A program made the position numbers and the translations under genes. The notes beneath the pieces were generated by a model, which searched no databases, was not told the origin of the DNA, and saw nothing but the letters and a program-made list of their open reading frames with translations. A DNA stretch of 60,925 nucleotides, counting the filler, from Asterionella formosa (Eukaryota): NCBI GenBank assembly GCA_002256025.1. It is 17 parts of 17 records of this genome, joined end to end, with 100 filler letters (N's around TTAATTAATTAA, not from the genome) between each part and the next. Parts side by side here need not be neighbours in the genome. Positions count along the whole stretch, not along the records: positions 32,367 to 35,858 come from NKIB01014111.1; positions 35,959 to 39,446 come from NKIB01014112.1; positions 39,547 to 43,029 come from NKIB01014114.1; positions 43,130 to 46,612 come from NKIB01014115.1; positions 46,713 to 50,193 come from NKIB01014116.1; 12 more parts are not named here. One strand, written 5' to 3'. This document shows, piece by piece, positions 33,480 through 47,671 of the stretch (position 1 is its first letter; every line of letters begins with the position of its first letter).

Positions 33480-35750
33480 TATTTGAAGACTGTATTACCT
33501 TAGCTAGGGCTGCGCATTCTGATCAGAAAAATAAATCATAAGGTACAGTTGTTTGACATTCTTGTTTTTGTATACCATAATTGGGAAGGTCTACGAGAAG
33601 AGGATTAAGTTGGACAGACGTTCACCAATGCTTTTGGTAACAGCATTACAGGCAGATGCGTTCCCAAAAGTTGAATTGGTAATGACTTATGACAAGAATG
33701 GGACAAAGAAAAAAATGAAAAGTTCCCACACATGATCTGGAGAATGTGGAACAGGTAGTACTATACTGCTTTCATTAGTTAATGGAGGTAGCAAGGAGGT
33801 TAACACTTGATGGAGCAGAGTGGTTTGAATTTTATCATGATACGCGTGGGCAGGCTCGCTCAGCTTGGGATTTGATGTCTGAGAAAGTGCTGGTGGAGTT
33901 AACAGAACAGAGAATACTTTTCGTGATACATTCCGGTCCTTTGTTGCATCACTTGTGGATGAAACAGCAGCGCATCTCACTTTTTTGGATTACTCATATT
34001 CCACTACTAAGCCTAGATCAATGTTGGTGATGTAGTTGTTTGGGTGTGTGCAGATTTGTTGCTTGTATGCTAAAGATTTACCTAGTACTACAGAGAGAGG
34101 GGACAAAAGACCAATTGCCATTACAGAGGAGGAAAGAAAACTATAGTTTATAATATGATGCCAGAAGAGCGGAAGACAAGGTTTACAAGAAGCATTTTGC
34201 GAGTTTCAGGTATGAGTCAAACTTAAATGACGATTTATTTCAACCGTTTGTGAGCTTTGGAGAGAGCAAGGAACTTCAAAGGTAGCTGTACTGGTAAGCA
34301 AAGTAGAGAAAAAAACTAATGATTCTAATCTTTGTAACAAAAGGTACCTGAACAATTTATCGATCCTTATGGGGATAGTTACAGGCAAAGGAACGGCAAT
34401 AATAATTATAAAAATGAAGATAATTTCAGCCTGGGTCAAGGAAACGGCTTGAGGAGTGGTGACTTCTACCATTCTAATAACAATGAAAACAACAATGGTG
34501 GCTGCAGAGGAAGTCCATGAAATCGCTCAAATACAATCTCCAATAATAACAACGACGGGGATCATTACAGCAGAAAAAAAATGATAATTATCTGGCAGAT
34601 GTGGGAATCAGGAATGACACGAAAAAACAAGAGAATTCATAGGTAAAGATCACCATATGTGTGATGAGATTTTTATATATGAAAATTTTGATGTAAATGA
34701 AAATTTTGCAAATGAAATTTTTTCAATGCGTAACAATGAAATCGACCAAGAAGCTGAAAAACAATAATGAAAATGTACCATGCACAATTATGCAAATACA
34801 AACCAATTCAAGAAAAATAAATGAAGAAATCTCTAATGATATTATTTGATCCAGGAAGTACACGATCATTAGTGAAAACATAACTTTGACTATTGGAGCA
34901 GTGCAAATTTGTGGGCTACGACATTGAGTGGCAAAACAGGGACAAACCGTTCAGTAAAACTTCAAAAAAAAATTCCAGAGTTTACGCAATCTCTGAAATA
35001 AGGAAAAAGGTAAAATTTTCGTTTTTGATAATTCTAATGAGTGCGATGATGCAATTGTTGGAAGAGATTGGTTGCAAGAGTTAAAAACTGATATTTGCTA
35101 TTCCGATAAAACAATGAAAATGGAAGGACGCCGAGATTAAATGAAAAAAGGGTAGAAACCGAGTTTTTACATCAATAATTATCATTCTGATGAGGAACTA
35201 GTGGAGAAGATGTATTTGAGAGAGATTAAGGAGGCTAAAAATGAGCGAATTCCTGTGGATAACGTGATTGTCCAACAAAAATCTAAACAAAAGTCAAAAA
35301 ATGCAATTGAGAACGACCTTTCAAGGATTAGAAACTCGTTTTTATGGAAAATTAAAGAAAGTTGTAGGAAAAAATCAATTGGAAATGAAGGATGGTACAA
35401 AACCAGTACGCTGTAAAACCTTTCTGGAACCTCACCAACATTCAGAAGTTACACCATGTGGAAATTTTCGGTACAAACGTCTACCAATGGGAGCTTCGCA
35501 AGTACCAGGCCTTTTTCAAGAAATCATGGAACCTATTTTAAAAGATTTACCGGATGTCAAAATATTTTTTGATGACATTGGCAGATTTTCTCAGGATTAT
35601 TTGTCACCTATGAAAACAATTGCAACTGTTCTACACCGTCTACAGGCAAATGAATTTACAGTCAATCCACTTAAATCCGAATGGGCAGTTAAAGAAACAG
35701 ATTGGCTTGGTTATTGGCTTCGTCTGCAAATAATAATATCGCACTTATAA
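33480..35750 (+). mobile_element. Decayed Ty3/gypsy retrotransposon (gag, protease and RT pieces)
   Basis: ILFDPGSTRSLV (aspartic protease) near 34840. RYKRLPMG...FQEIM...IFFDDI...VNPLKSEWAVKETDWLGY (RT). Confidence 0.85.
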
Positions 35751-35958
35751 GATCAGGGGTATCATGCAATAACTGGCACAGAATTTTTCTGTTCATGATA
35801 CATATTTCGTTATATGTATGATAAATGCATACTATGAAAGTGAACAGGCTAAGCTTACNNNNNNNNNNNNNNNNNNNNNNNNNNNNNNNNNNNNNNNNNN
35901 NNTTAATTAATTAANNNNNNNNNNNNNNNNNNNNNNNNNNNNNNNNNNNNNNNNNNNN

Positions 35959-37301
35959 TCCCTTAACGGACGGATCATGTGTTCCACTGGCATCTCCCTT
36001 CTCTGGCCCCCCAATTATTGATGGTTCATCTTCATTCAAACTGTAGGGAAGCTTAGATCGCACCTTAACATCCTCCTCACGGTCTGAGCATTCATCATCG
36101 GTGACAGTGTTAACATTAAAACATTTTAGATCTATTGTGTTCCTTCGTTGATCCTATAATGGCCTCGTAGATCTGATATCTGGTGCACCCTGGTGCAGTC
36201 TGTACAGTTGCCACATTTGTGCTTGGATCCAGCCAGATAGATCGCACATATTTATCATTACCCCAGTGGAGAGTTACCCTGTCCTCGTAGGTGGCGCACC
36301 ATGCTCCCTTAAGGCCTTGCTTAAGGCACTTATTAGTCTCCTGACTCCAATGTTGAGGAGAAAACATTCTAAAGGGGGCCGCCGGGGCAAAATAAGTTCC
36401 TGGAATACGAAAAATGTGAATACACCCCAGGTTGTCCTCTATGCGCCACTTCACCGTGCCTTTGAGAAGCACTGGGATGGGACCGCCCACACCATTTATA
36501 TTTATTTAGGGCCAGGTCCATCAGCGAATCCACATCAAAATCCACCCGTCCATCGTGATACTGATCCTGCTGACCAATCATGTAATCATGGAACACTTTA
36601 TCCTCCACAGCCTCGTATGCTGTAAACAGATTTGTCAGTAGGTCAGAAGAAGTTTCCCCACGAGACATAAGTGCGTCACGTTGCACACGGACATGGAGGT
36701 TAAACTTCTCAATGTTGCAGTCCACCGATAACATGTTTTCATCCAACACGCTGAGGGTACGGCGAATGGTAGCCACCGTGGATCGTGTATCGACCGTGCA
36801 TCTCGTAATGAGAAGTTTCAAGAATGCAGCACCACTTGCCACTATGTGTGTAGGGGCTGTAGGTGACGTAAGACGATAGGCAGATGAGTCTGTAGAAACC
36901 TTGAGCAAGGCCTCCATTGAAAGTGAATCGTAAATGCACGTAAACAACTGCGCACAGTTCTGTGCGTCACACGTCTGGGAATGAACATGTGTGGCTGCGT
37001 GAGCAACCACATTTGCCATGATGACCCTTACATATTCGGTGATTAGGTTTCGCCCAACGTTGTGGTCATCAGGGACCGTGAGGATGGAGGCACATCCAAA
37101 TGCGTCGGCTCGTTGCTGCAAGGCTTGAAGGAAAAGGCGGAGGCCTCCAGTTTCACCATCGAAGGGATGATTGAGTTTTTCGGTTGCAGACTTGTACAAT
37201 TTCATCCCTTCATTTGAGTTGTAATCAACGGGATCAGGATTTGCGAGAGCTGGGGTTAGAGCAAAGACGAAAGCCGCATGGGCGTTGGGAGCTTGAGCCA
37301 T
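35959..37301 (-). mobile_element. Ty1/copia (CoDi-like) element: gag joined by a deletion to the protease region
   Basis: Gag from ATG 37301: FALTPALANPDPVDYNSNEGMKLYKSATEKL...DSLMDLALNKYK. It is followed out of frame by GTVKWRIEDNLGCIHIFRIPGTYFAP...FSPQHW. Confidence 0.8.
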
Positions 37302-38317
37302 GTTAGGTTCTAGACCACGAAGTCGAGAGGATCGACGAAGAATGATAGACGATAGTCTACAATACGACGGTTGTCGTGTTGCGCAGGGGAAGCGTGAGGG
37401 AAACCAGCAAATATTCAAACGAATAAATGCAGTTTGACAATAACCAAAGTAAGACGCAAATCAATAACAGATTAGTCTAGTTTCAATTATATGTCTCATA
37501 ATCATTGGGCATTGTCTGCAAAAGCGCGCTAGCCTGTCTAACATGCACCAAACAGCAGCAAGACGAGAAGACCCTCATCATTCAGATATATCTGACTGTG
37601 GAATGAACACATCGCCCAAAAACCCTTATTATGCCAATAGAAGAATCGCTACACCGCAGCATGACTCGCCATCAACCAACTGCCAAAAGAGACCCAACCA
37701 CATCCGCTCGGACCCAATCCGGCAGCAAGTTACAAATCGAATCGTCAATACAAAAATGAAGGGGGGACCCGGAAACCCATCAGATACTTTAATACCACAG
37801 CCTCACCATCACACGTACGTCAAACATTTGAATACCCAATGGCACTGCACCCCTGGCACCAGGGAGCAAGGGCACATGAGAAATGCAGCATAATTCTCAC
37901 AGTAGGCACACCACATGAGGCCATATGGCCAGGTATTTTAGAACTACCCTTGATTGCAAATGAGACCATTGAACTTCCTACCATACATTATACCTGCAAA
38001 ACTGTGGGATCGCTTTCTAGGAATATCACCAGTCAGTCTCACGTTATTCTCCAATATAATGAAGTGGGATCCCACTAAACGATGGACTGCTCAACAGGCA
38101 AGCTAGTGGATTTATTTTGATGAATTGCCCACGCCAACACCAGACAATGCCATGCCAAGATTCCAGGACAGAAAATAGACAAACAATTTGCTAATATTTA
38201 AAATGAAATATAAATGACTCGAATCAACACCAGCAGATACTTGGTATTTAACTACTGGCAGCTTTAAGAAAGAAAATTATTATTATGCATGTTCACAAAT
38301 CATCAGAGCAAAAATGA

Positions 38318-39446
38318 TTAATCACAATCGAGCTTAATTGCGGAACAGTAGCTACCACAGTTGCAAATCAGCGGTGGGCAAAAAATTATTGTTGCAATAT
38401 TACATGCTTCTGTTGGAACTGGCCCTGTAAAATTGTTCTTTCCAAAATTTAATGTGGCTGTCAAGAAAGTGAAATTTTAGAACAAATGGTCAAGAAATGT
38501 CAGTTTCAGATAAACTAAACTTACTCAATGATGACATGAGACCAATTTCTGTGGGAATTGCACCAGTAAACATATTGGAATGAATCTGAAAATTATTGAG
38601 ACTTGTCAAATTGCCAATTTCCGTTGGAAGTGCACCAGTCAACTGATTATTAAATAGATGCAATAATGTAAGACTTGTCAAGAATCCAATTTCTGAAGGA
38701 AGTGTTCCATTGAAATGGTTTGTGCTTGCAGCAAATAATGCCATATTTTTCAAATTGCCAATTTCTGTCGGAAGTGCACCAGTCAACTGGTTTTCCCAAA
38801 GAACTAATACTGTTAGACCTGTCAAGAATCCAATCTCTGTAGGAACTGTGCCAAAGAGACGGTTGGAATTTGCTCTAAAATCAATGATATTTTTCAAAAA
38901 GCCAATTTCTGAAGGAAGCGGACCAGTCAACTGGTTTTCCTGTACATACAATGATGTTAGACCTCTCAGGTATCCAATCTCTGTAGGAAGTGTACCAAAG
39001 AGACTGTTGGAATTTGCTTTAAAATCAATGAGATTTGTCAAATAGCCAATTTCTGAAGGAAGCGGACCAGTCAACTGGTTTTCAAATAGATACAATGTTG
39101 TTAGACCTCTCAGGTATCCAATCTCTGTAGGAACTGTGCCAAAGAGACGGTTGGAATTTGCTTTAAAATCAATGAGATTTGTCAAATATCCAATTTCTGA
39201 AGGAAGTGGACCAGTGAAGTCATTATAGTTCATATACAATGCTGATAGTTTTGTCAACAATCCAATCTCTGTCGGAAGTGGTCCCTGTAATATATTATTT
39301 TGTAGAAACAATTTAACAACAAGGTTAGCCCATTGGCCAATTTCTGGTGGAAGTGTTCCTGTCAACTTGTTTTCATACAATGACAATGTTGTAATGTTGG
39401 TCAACTGTCCAAGCTCCTTTGGAATTGGGCCAGTAAGCAGATTCTG
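38318..39446 (-). CDS. Leucine-rich repeat protein (24-aa plant-type LRRs), 5'-truncated; intron 38524-38458; probable frameshift in the last exon
   Basis: About 13 repeats of LxxLxLxxNxLTGxLPxEIGxL. A GTAAG...CAG intron continues the repeat. The Cys-rich cap CPPLICNCGSYC is in a shifted frame. Confidence 0.85.
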
Positions 39447-39546
39447 NNNNNNNNNNNNNNNNNNNNNNNNNNNNNNNNNNNNNNNNNNNNTTAATTAATT
39501 AANNNNNNNNNNNNNNNNNNNNNNNNNNNNNNNNNNNNNNNNNNNN

Positions 39547-39790
39547 CTTCTGGCACCATTTACATATCCAAACGGTCCACTCTGACATGCCATAATCAAA
39601 CTTGCATAGGCAACCGTATTATTTCGTTTCGCACGCTTCTCATCGTTGTCGCTCGGGACAATCTTCACTCCAGCTGAATCTCTCTCACCTGGTGATACTT
39701 CATCTCCATTTAGTATTCCTTCAAAACCTTTGTAGCAGGCATAGGCCACAAATTTCGCTTTCCAAACATGCCACTTGGCTGGCATCGGTA
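39547..39790 (-). mobile_element. Ty1/copia gag N-terminal fragment, immediately downstream of an LTR
   Basis: KWHVWKAKFVAYACYKGFEGILNG...NTVAYASLIMAC. Confidence 0.75.
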
Positions 39791-39798
39791 CCATCAAA

Positions 39799-40261
39799 TG
39801 TTGGCAACCGCACTCCTGACGATTCGTCATCAATTCCCATCTTGAGTACCCTTTCAAACCTATCCGCTTTAAAGCTTGTTGAAATGGTCCGTACTCCTTC
39901 CCGCGGGCTGGGTCTCTCTTCACGTAGACTCTTACGTGCTCGTAGTACTACCTAGTACCACTTACTTTCTCTCTTGTCTCTGCTTCTAGCCTTCCTGATA
40001 GATAGACTAATTGACCTTCCTGTCAATTAACACACTGTTTCCTTGGTTGATAATCTAAAACTCAAATTAAATTATAAGCTAAACTAAATGTTTCCTTTCC
40101 ATGCATCTTTGCTTCCCGCAAAGTCGTTCTAAGACTCTCTTCGAGTTTCCACTCAATCTTTGATCTTGTTAGACAGCTGATTGACGTGGCAATGCAATAT
40201 TCGACTCGTTCGATTACAATCGAGTCCACAATCCTTGTGACTCGGGCTAATATTCTTGACA
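39799..40261 (-). repeat. LTR of the copia element (463 bp)
   Basis: On the - strand: polypurine GGGGAGGA, then TGT...ACA termini, followed by TTTGA-TGGTACCG (PBS-like) and gag. Confidence 0.7.
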
Positions 40262-43029
40262 TCCTCCCCATTGCCATGCTCAAGAGGCTGTAACATCATT
40301 CCACTCTGAACTGGTTTGGACAATCTCGTGTGAATCTGTTCCTTCACGCTCTTAGTCATAATGTCCGCTTTATCATCTTCCTTGATAACTTTCTTCATAT
40401 ACTCCACTGCACTTGGAGTCCCACATACAATACCGTCATCCACGTAATTAATAAGTAGACCATCAATTTGTCCCTCCTTGTTCCGGTGCATAAATAACAT
40501 AGGGTCGATCTTGCTCTTCGTCATACCTGATTTGTTGGTGACACATTTCGCAAACGTCTTGGACCAGCATCGTGGAGCTTGTACTATCCCGTACATAGCC
40601 TTCACAAGCTTGCAAACATGTGTTTTGGAATCGACTCCGATCAAACCTTGAGGGGGCTCAATATAAATGTCCTCATCGACGTCAGCATTTAGGAATGCTG
40701 CTTCCACATCAATAGCCTCCGCTCGCCAACCATTGTACATCGTCACTGCGAGTACCGTTTTGATTGTCGCATCGCTTGCAACTGGAGCAAATGTCTCAGT
40801 AAAATCGACACCTGGGATTTGCTCATATCCCTTGCTTCACGACCAATCTTGCCTTGTAAATGGTCTTCCCGGTTAACACATCTTCTTTAATTCGAAACAC
40901 CCATCTCGTTTTTAGTGTTCGCTTCTTAACAGTGTCACGCTTGACAACTTTCCACACTCCTCTCGACTGGAAGTTTTCATATTCTTTGTTGATCGCCTTG
41001 ATCCACTCTTTCTTGTCTGGTCTTGCCATTGCTTCATCATAGCTTGTTGGTAATCCTGGATCAGAAGCCAGACTTGCGTTGTACACAAAATTCACCTGTG
41101 TATTCTTCGTAATTTCCTTCATTTTATCCTCCTCGATAACACTAGGTATCTTAGTATCTCCCGAAAATTTCACAACTTTTGTATTCGTAGGATTGAACGA
41201 TGAGTCCAATCTTCGCATTTCACGTGCCAACTTCGCTTGCTTAGCCTGAGCACTTTCCGCACGTTTAGCCTTCATAATTGGGGTATTGGTACCTGTATCT
41301 TCGTATTTCGTAGTACCGTCTATCTTAGTTGATTCAGTTTTCCTCCCTAATTCTTGCTTGTCATCATCTTCATCTTCATTATCGGACACTTCTCCAGGTT
41401 TGAACTCGTCATAAAAATCGTCATGCAAATCTTCATTAACTTCTCGTACTGATATCTCCGTATCCTGTTGGTTGGTGACTGGTTTGAACATTTTCTCTAG
41501 TCCATCTGTTGGTACGTTTGTTCCATGCCACTCACTCCACTTTACGTCACGTGTATTGACCACAGTATTTGTCTCGTGATTATACATGCGAAACGTATCT
41601 TGAGAGTGATCATCTGAGTATCCCAAAAAGACAAACTTGATGGAACGTGCATCTAATTTCTTGACACCTTCTCTTATAGTAACCCAACCAACACGTCCAA
41701 ATTGCTTGTAGAGTTTGTAGGGCCGCCTTGCATTCGTTTCTCCATAGAACACATCATCAGGACTCTTCTTAGTCACTGAATTCACTGTACTGTTCGTCAA
41801 TCTTGTCGCAGTATGTACCGCTTCTGCCCACAATAGCCCCTGATATTCATCTGTAAACTTCGCACTTAGCATCATAGTGAGTGCTCTCTGACGCACTGTA
41901 ACAAAACCACGTTCCACAACACCATTGTGCTGCGGAGTATGAGGTGCCGTAAATTCCATCTTGACACCTTGGTTTTCACATACTTTCTTTAGTTGCTTGG
42001 AGTTCTCACCTGCGTCATCACATCGGACAAATTTAATCTTGTGTCCTGCACCTGCAAGTTTTGTAAGTAACGCTTCAATGACAGTTCCGATGTCACTTTT
42101 CTTCTTAATAAAATAACTCCAGCGTTTTCTTGTATAATCGTCCACGGCCATCACCCAATACTGATTTCCCACAGCGGATTTTGCGTAGGGTCCGCTAATA
42201 TCAATAAACAGTCTTTCTCCTGGTGTTGTAGCCTTCTCTTGCGTCATCTTGGGTACTGCGCGTGCTTTCGCCTTGGCTGCTGCGCATCCTGCGCACACCT
42301 TTAAATTTCCCACAAGTTTCCACCCAAATAATTTCGATGTCTCAAGAAGACATTTTTCTCCCACATGTCCGAGCATTTCATGCGCTTCATTTATTTCCAC
42401 TATCACATCATTATTTTCGTTCGCGTTTCTTTTCTCGATCGTTTCACTAATCACTTTCGTTGTCTTCTTCTTTTCGTCGACTTTCGTCCATTCACTCTTT
42501 TCTTCTTTATCATAGTCTATAGATTGTTGTGTTGGCTCCTCGCTTTCTTGTTCAACCTCCAACACCGTTTCCTTTAAAATAGGCGTTCCTTGCACATGGT
42601 ACATTGCGCCAATCGTCCTCGTTTCATCACGTTTGCAGATCAAAAATCCGTTGTTGTTTCTGATCGTCATCTTATCATCGCTAACATAACTTTATTTCCC
42701 TTGTCAATAATTCTCGAACATTGGTGAGTTTCAACACTTTTCCTTTGTCTGTCGTTGTAAGGGTCACTGTGCCTGATACGGTCGCAACAATTGCTGCGCC
42801 GTTTCCCACAAGAACAGTTTCACGCACTGCGCGCTTGTCCTCCATGATGCGCTCATCATTGCATATATGTACCGTAGCACCACTGTCTAGTAGCCAACGG
42901 TTCTTATGCACGCATGTATGATTTACCTCTTCATTGTACCTTGCCTCAATACACGTCACCACGAACATTCCTTGCGTAGTGGTATTGGCGTCTTCTCCCT
43001 TCTGCTTGATTGGTGCATTTTGTTGATTG
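40262..43029 (-). mobile_element. Ty1/copia pol (protease, integrase, partial RT, RNase H tail) with deletions and a frameshift
   Basis: WLLDSGATVHIC; HEMLGH...CAGC; FIDISGP, RCDDAGEN, NGVVER; YKARLVV/KGYEQIPGVDFTETFAPV, DVEAAFLNA, KAMYG, YVDD. The RT is fused directly to ADIMTK. Domain order is PR-IN-RT. Confidence 0.96.
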
Positions 43030-43129
43030 NNNNNNNNNNNNNNNNNNNNNNNNNNNNNNNNNNNNNNNNNNNNTTAATTAATTAANNNNNNNNNNNNNNN
43101 NNNNNNNNNNNNNNNNNNNNNNNNNNNNN

Positions 43130-46100
43130 AAGATATGATCAATTGACGCTCAGGGGAAGCTTGTTTATTGATTTCAGTAAATCCTGTGGTATGGCTTACA
43201 CATATATCTTCAGTCCAGCAAATTTCTTGCTTGTTCACCTACTGCTACAAAAGATGACTCATAGATATCGTCTTGTCTGACTGGATGAGCGTTGCAATAC
43301 ACTCAGATGCTCAGTCCCACCATAACAGTCTCAACAAGAAAGTCATAGTGATGTGGCTGGAAGATTACCTTCTTCATGATATCTCTGAGAGTCAATAACA
43401 GTGGCTGGATGCCATGATATTACTCAATAAAATTTTTTAACATGTTCATAATCGACTTTGCCGCCTGTCTCAAGACCTTAAAGAAGCTCCTAAAACTCAT
43501 GATAACTCATCCAGAAGATCAAGAGGTTTCCGCCAAGGATGATTTGAGGTTGATTGTCATTTTGCTTGATCGACAATGAGTGGCAACAAGTGTTTGAATG
43601 TAACAATGAAAAGAACACAAAATAAATGATTCGCTTTGTTTTGACTTACTTCGAGAGTCAACAATCATTTAAAGATCAACTCAAGCACATCCTCAAGCAT
43701 GAGTTCTACCATAAGCCAAAATCGACTTCGCATCGCTGAAGGCAATTGAGTTATGTCGAGAGAACGCGCGTGCCTGGTGTCAATTTTCTAACACAAAATC
43801 GTAAATAAATAGTTGAAGTTGACGACAATTCCATGACGCATCAAGAAAATACTCGTGACTGGTGTCAATTTTAACAAAAGATCGTCTTCGCATTGCTAAA
43901 TACAGTCCTGCGATGTATCAAGAGTACAACCACCATTTCAAACGTAAATTTGTACATGATAATTTTGTACTCAGTGGCAATGGCAGGGCACATGCATTTT
44001 AATGCAACCGACCACGCATGGGATATGAAACAACGGTCAAACATAAGCAAGGTTCATGGAGTTAACATTACTAACACTACTAACCGTGTTCCTGTTCCTC
44101 TCCTGGCGTAGAAATTCTACGCGGAGCAAATTATCATACGAACACAGCTAACTCTATTCATGTTTTTTTCTTCCGTGCGTGTTTTATACAAGCAAATCCA
44201 TGGGTTAACCCCATGATGATGTCTGGTTAGGGTACTGTGCCGATGGCCATACCTGCCGACTATTATGAATCTGCCTAGGAAATTTTAGTGGTCATGAACC
44301 CTCCTGTTGGTCAGTTAATGGCCGATGTGCCTAATAAAAACCAGCAGAATGCTGAACATATCGCCTTAACAGAAGTATGTGCGACAATAGCAACAATGCT
44401 ATGATTTTAATAATATACATATATATATATTTATGAGCGACAGCATATTGAATATGTCTTACGTCAATCATTACCTGAATAACTTTTGTTATTTACAGGA
44501 TAATTTCAGGTTGGATATCACCGCTATTGTAACACGGGATATTTTAAAATGCAAAGGTAGATTCAATATATCATTCCATATGCACATCTCAAGACCTGAT
44601 TCCGGTCTCATTAAGCTTAATTGCATTTCATTCTCATGTCATAAGCAACCCAAGCATTGGTGGCTGCGTTGTATATGCATGACATAAGATGAATATTATT
44701 GGATTGCGGTGGGTCTTGATTTTTAACTTATGAATGGATTGTAATTCAGGACATTTCGTTGTAAAATCGAACATTTATAATTAATATATACCATGCATAG
44801 CAGGTATGATCCCATCTTTTCTTCCTTTGCCAGTACTCAGCATGATGCTCCCAAAATTTAATCCGTCAGCTTGTATCTTGCAACAGAAGTACCTGGTCTT
44901 AGTACCTTCTGCGAGTTTGCTCATTTGTCCAGCTGATGAATTAATCATGAATAATTTACAAATACCATGTCCTGTCTGTATGGTGGATATATCAGTGTTT
45001 TTCTGCATGTCATGCATTCCTATAATAATACGCAAAGAACATTTGCACAATGGTTTATTATATTTTGATACACCTATCAAGGATTATGTTTACACATGGA
45101 ACATTCAAGATCCTAACTATACAGATACGGTAAAATGGTGTTGTGGCTGAAGTCCTCCAGCACCATTCTATATGAAATGGTCTGTTGAAGAAACTGACTC
45201 ATTGGGATATCGATAAACTCCAACCGACTTCAAATTTTGGTCTTCAAAACTTAAAACAGGATTGAAATGGAACTAGTCCATTTGTATGGTTACCTATGCA
45301 TACATCAACAAACTTTTGCATCAATGAAAACATTGTTAGTTGCAAATACAGTCATGAGTTATCCTGATCGTAATTTTCCTTTCCATATTTTTTACTAATG
45401 TTTCTGATTTTCAATTAAGAAACTTTCAAAGAATTTCGCTCTATGTCATTGAATGCGGTTCTACATGTTCACACTGAACATCATATTTTTTCTTTATTAC
45501 CCTACACAGAAACTCAGCGTGTTCTCCGGTGGAGGATTTATATTGAAGAATATCTTCTCACTTTTCACAATATGAAGGGTACTGATGATGTCAAATATTA
45601 CAGATTCTATCTCTCGCCTCCCGAGGCTTGAGTCTTTGGTGGGGGATGATATTGATATTGGACCGAAATCTCCAACATCAACTTCCACTTCTACTTTTTC
45701 AATTGAATTAGATGATGAACCTTTGTTTACCTTTTCCCTCAATCATCCAATTTTGGCAGACAATATTCAATATCCTCTGGAATACTATTCCATACATGAT
45801 AGACAATTGCTGGATATACAATTGATTCTCAATCAAACAACTCATCTCATTCTCAATCAACGAACCAAACACATCTATTAAAATTTCCCTCTATCAATTT
45901 TCATCATAAACATTTAATATATTTTGTGAAGAATCCAGGAGATACTTGACATATTGTTATTCCTACATCACTATCGAATCCTATTATTTATTGGTATCAT
46001 CAGATGTTAGCTCATGGTGTGGGTATGACAAGATGAAATACCACAGTTTCTACACATTTTTACTATCCTCCATTAAAAGCAAGAGTGGAACATATTGCAA

Positions 46101-46612
46101 GCATATATGAAACATGTCAAAACGTACAAAATTACCTGATGCTTGGTTTTGGTGAACTTCCACCAAGGAATGCATTGTTATTACAATGCTCAGAAGTCAC
46201 AATGGATTTCATTGGTCCATGGAAGATAACATAGACTGCACAAGCGATTGAATTTCATGCTCCAACTTGAGTTAACACAGTCACCAATTTACCAGAAATT
46301 TCACATATCGATAATAAGACATCAGAATATATTGCGATGAAATTTAAAAATGATTGGTTAGACAGATATCTCCGTCCAGAAGGTTGTATACATGACAATG
46401 GAGGTCAATTTACTGGTATTCCTTTCAGACACATGTAAGTGTTGAATGGAATTAAAATTGGGACCATTACAGTCAAGAATCCACAAACAAATGCTATCCG
46501 TGAACGTTTACATCAATCTATCAGTAACAGTCTATGTACAAGTTATGTTAAAGGCTCATCCTCCAATCAAAGAATTTCAAGTTCAGAATATTGTGGATAC
46601 CAGTTTGTTGCA
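43130..46612 (+). mobile_element. Heavily decayed Ty3/gypsy retrotransposon (gag, RT/RH, integrase)
   Basis: QRVLRWRIYIEEY, DSISRLP, DFIGPWK, CIHDNGGQFTG, NPQTNAIRERLHQ. Domain order RT-RH-IN. Confidence 0.88.
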
Positions 46613-47671
46613 NNNNNNNNNNNNNNNNNNNNNNNNNNNNNNNNNNNNNNNNNNNNTTAATTAATTAANNNNNNNNNNNNNNNNNNNNNNNNNNNNNNNN
46701 NNNNNNNNNNNNACGCAATTCCATCGTATCCTCTTGCTTCACTTACCACAAATCAATGCAACTGATGCATAAGTCTGTAATAGTAACTTGTCAGTAAGCC
46801 AAATTCTTGAATAAGTAAGTTTCGGGTATCCAATGTTGTCGAATAAAACTTACCAGTTCATTTTTGTCAGCTTAAATTTGAGAGAAGGTAAACGTTTTGT
46901 CAGTTTTGTTCCAACAGAAGTGAATAGGTCCAACGAGCGACAAGAGAACTTACGCAATTTGGTTTTGTTTTACATTGGTGCTCCCCGACAAGCGAAACGA
47001 GCTGTTGAATCAACTGAGAAAAAAGGAAATGTGGCTGCGTTTAGTTAACAATTTGTTGTTGTGCTGCCTGCCTCCCAACGATTGTCATCCAAGTACCACA
47101 TTGATGGCTTCATTACCTTAAACATTCTCCATCCTTCGAATGCGCAATGTGTCGAAGCCACAATGTTTTCTGTTATGTATTGCGAAAAGTTTCTTTTCTT
47201 GTCATGTGCTTTACTACGACATATCTTTTCATGAAGCAGCAGGCATTGTTTGTTAACATGACAGAACGATATCAAAAATATATATGCCATGAATATAGTA
47301 ATAAAATTTGTAAATATATATAGTTATATATACATTTATAAAATTCCAAGGCGCTCTCGATATGGAACATCTGATATGGTTGAGATGATCATACTTGCAT
47401 ATACATAATTCGAAAATACTCAATGCACTATATGTCCATTGTTTTCCACGACTACGTGTACCGGAATTGTTTCTGAAATTTGTTTGCATCGATATTTTCT
47501 ACGTCCGTTGAAACTAATTATTTAGACCATTCAATTGCCGCAAGGGTTTTGGTAGCAAATTGTTTAAGCCCCTTTTGTGGGCAGGAGCTCTTCATGTGTA
47601 CCGGTACATCATATGACAATAACAATATATGATATATATACACAGAGTACGACCAGTAGCAGGTAGTAAGT

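Noticed and set aside
37450..38100. 5' LTR of the CoDi-like element
   Set aside because: Plausible by position, but I could not fix TG...CA ends or a PBS.
44275..44290. AAATTTT slippery site for a gag-pol frameshift
   Set aside because: The copies are too decayed to establish frames, and the heptamer differs in the second copy (about 57953).
46713..47490. Decayed ORF on the - strand
   Set aside because: Multiple stops and no recognisable motif; cannot be assigned.
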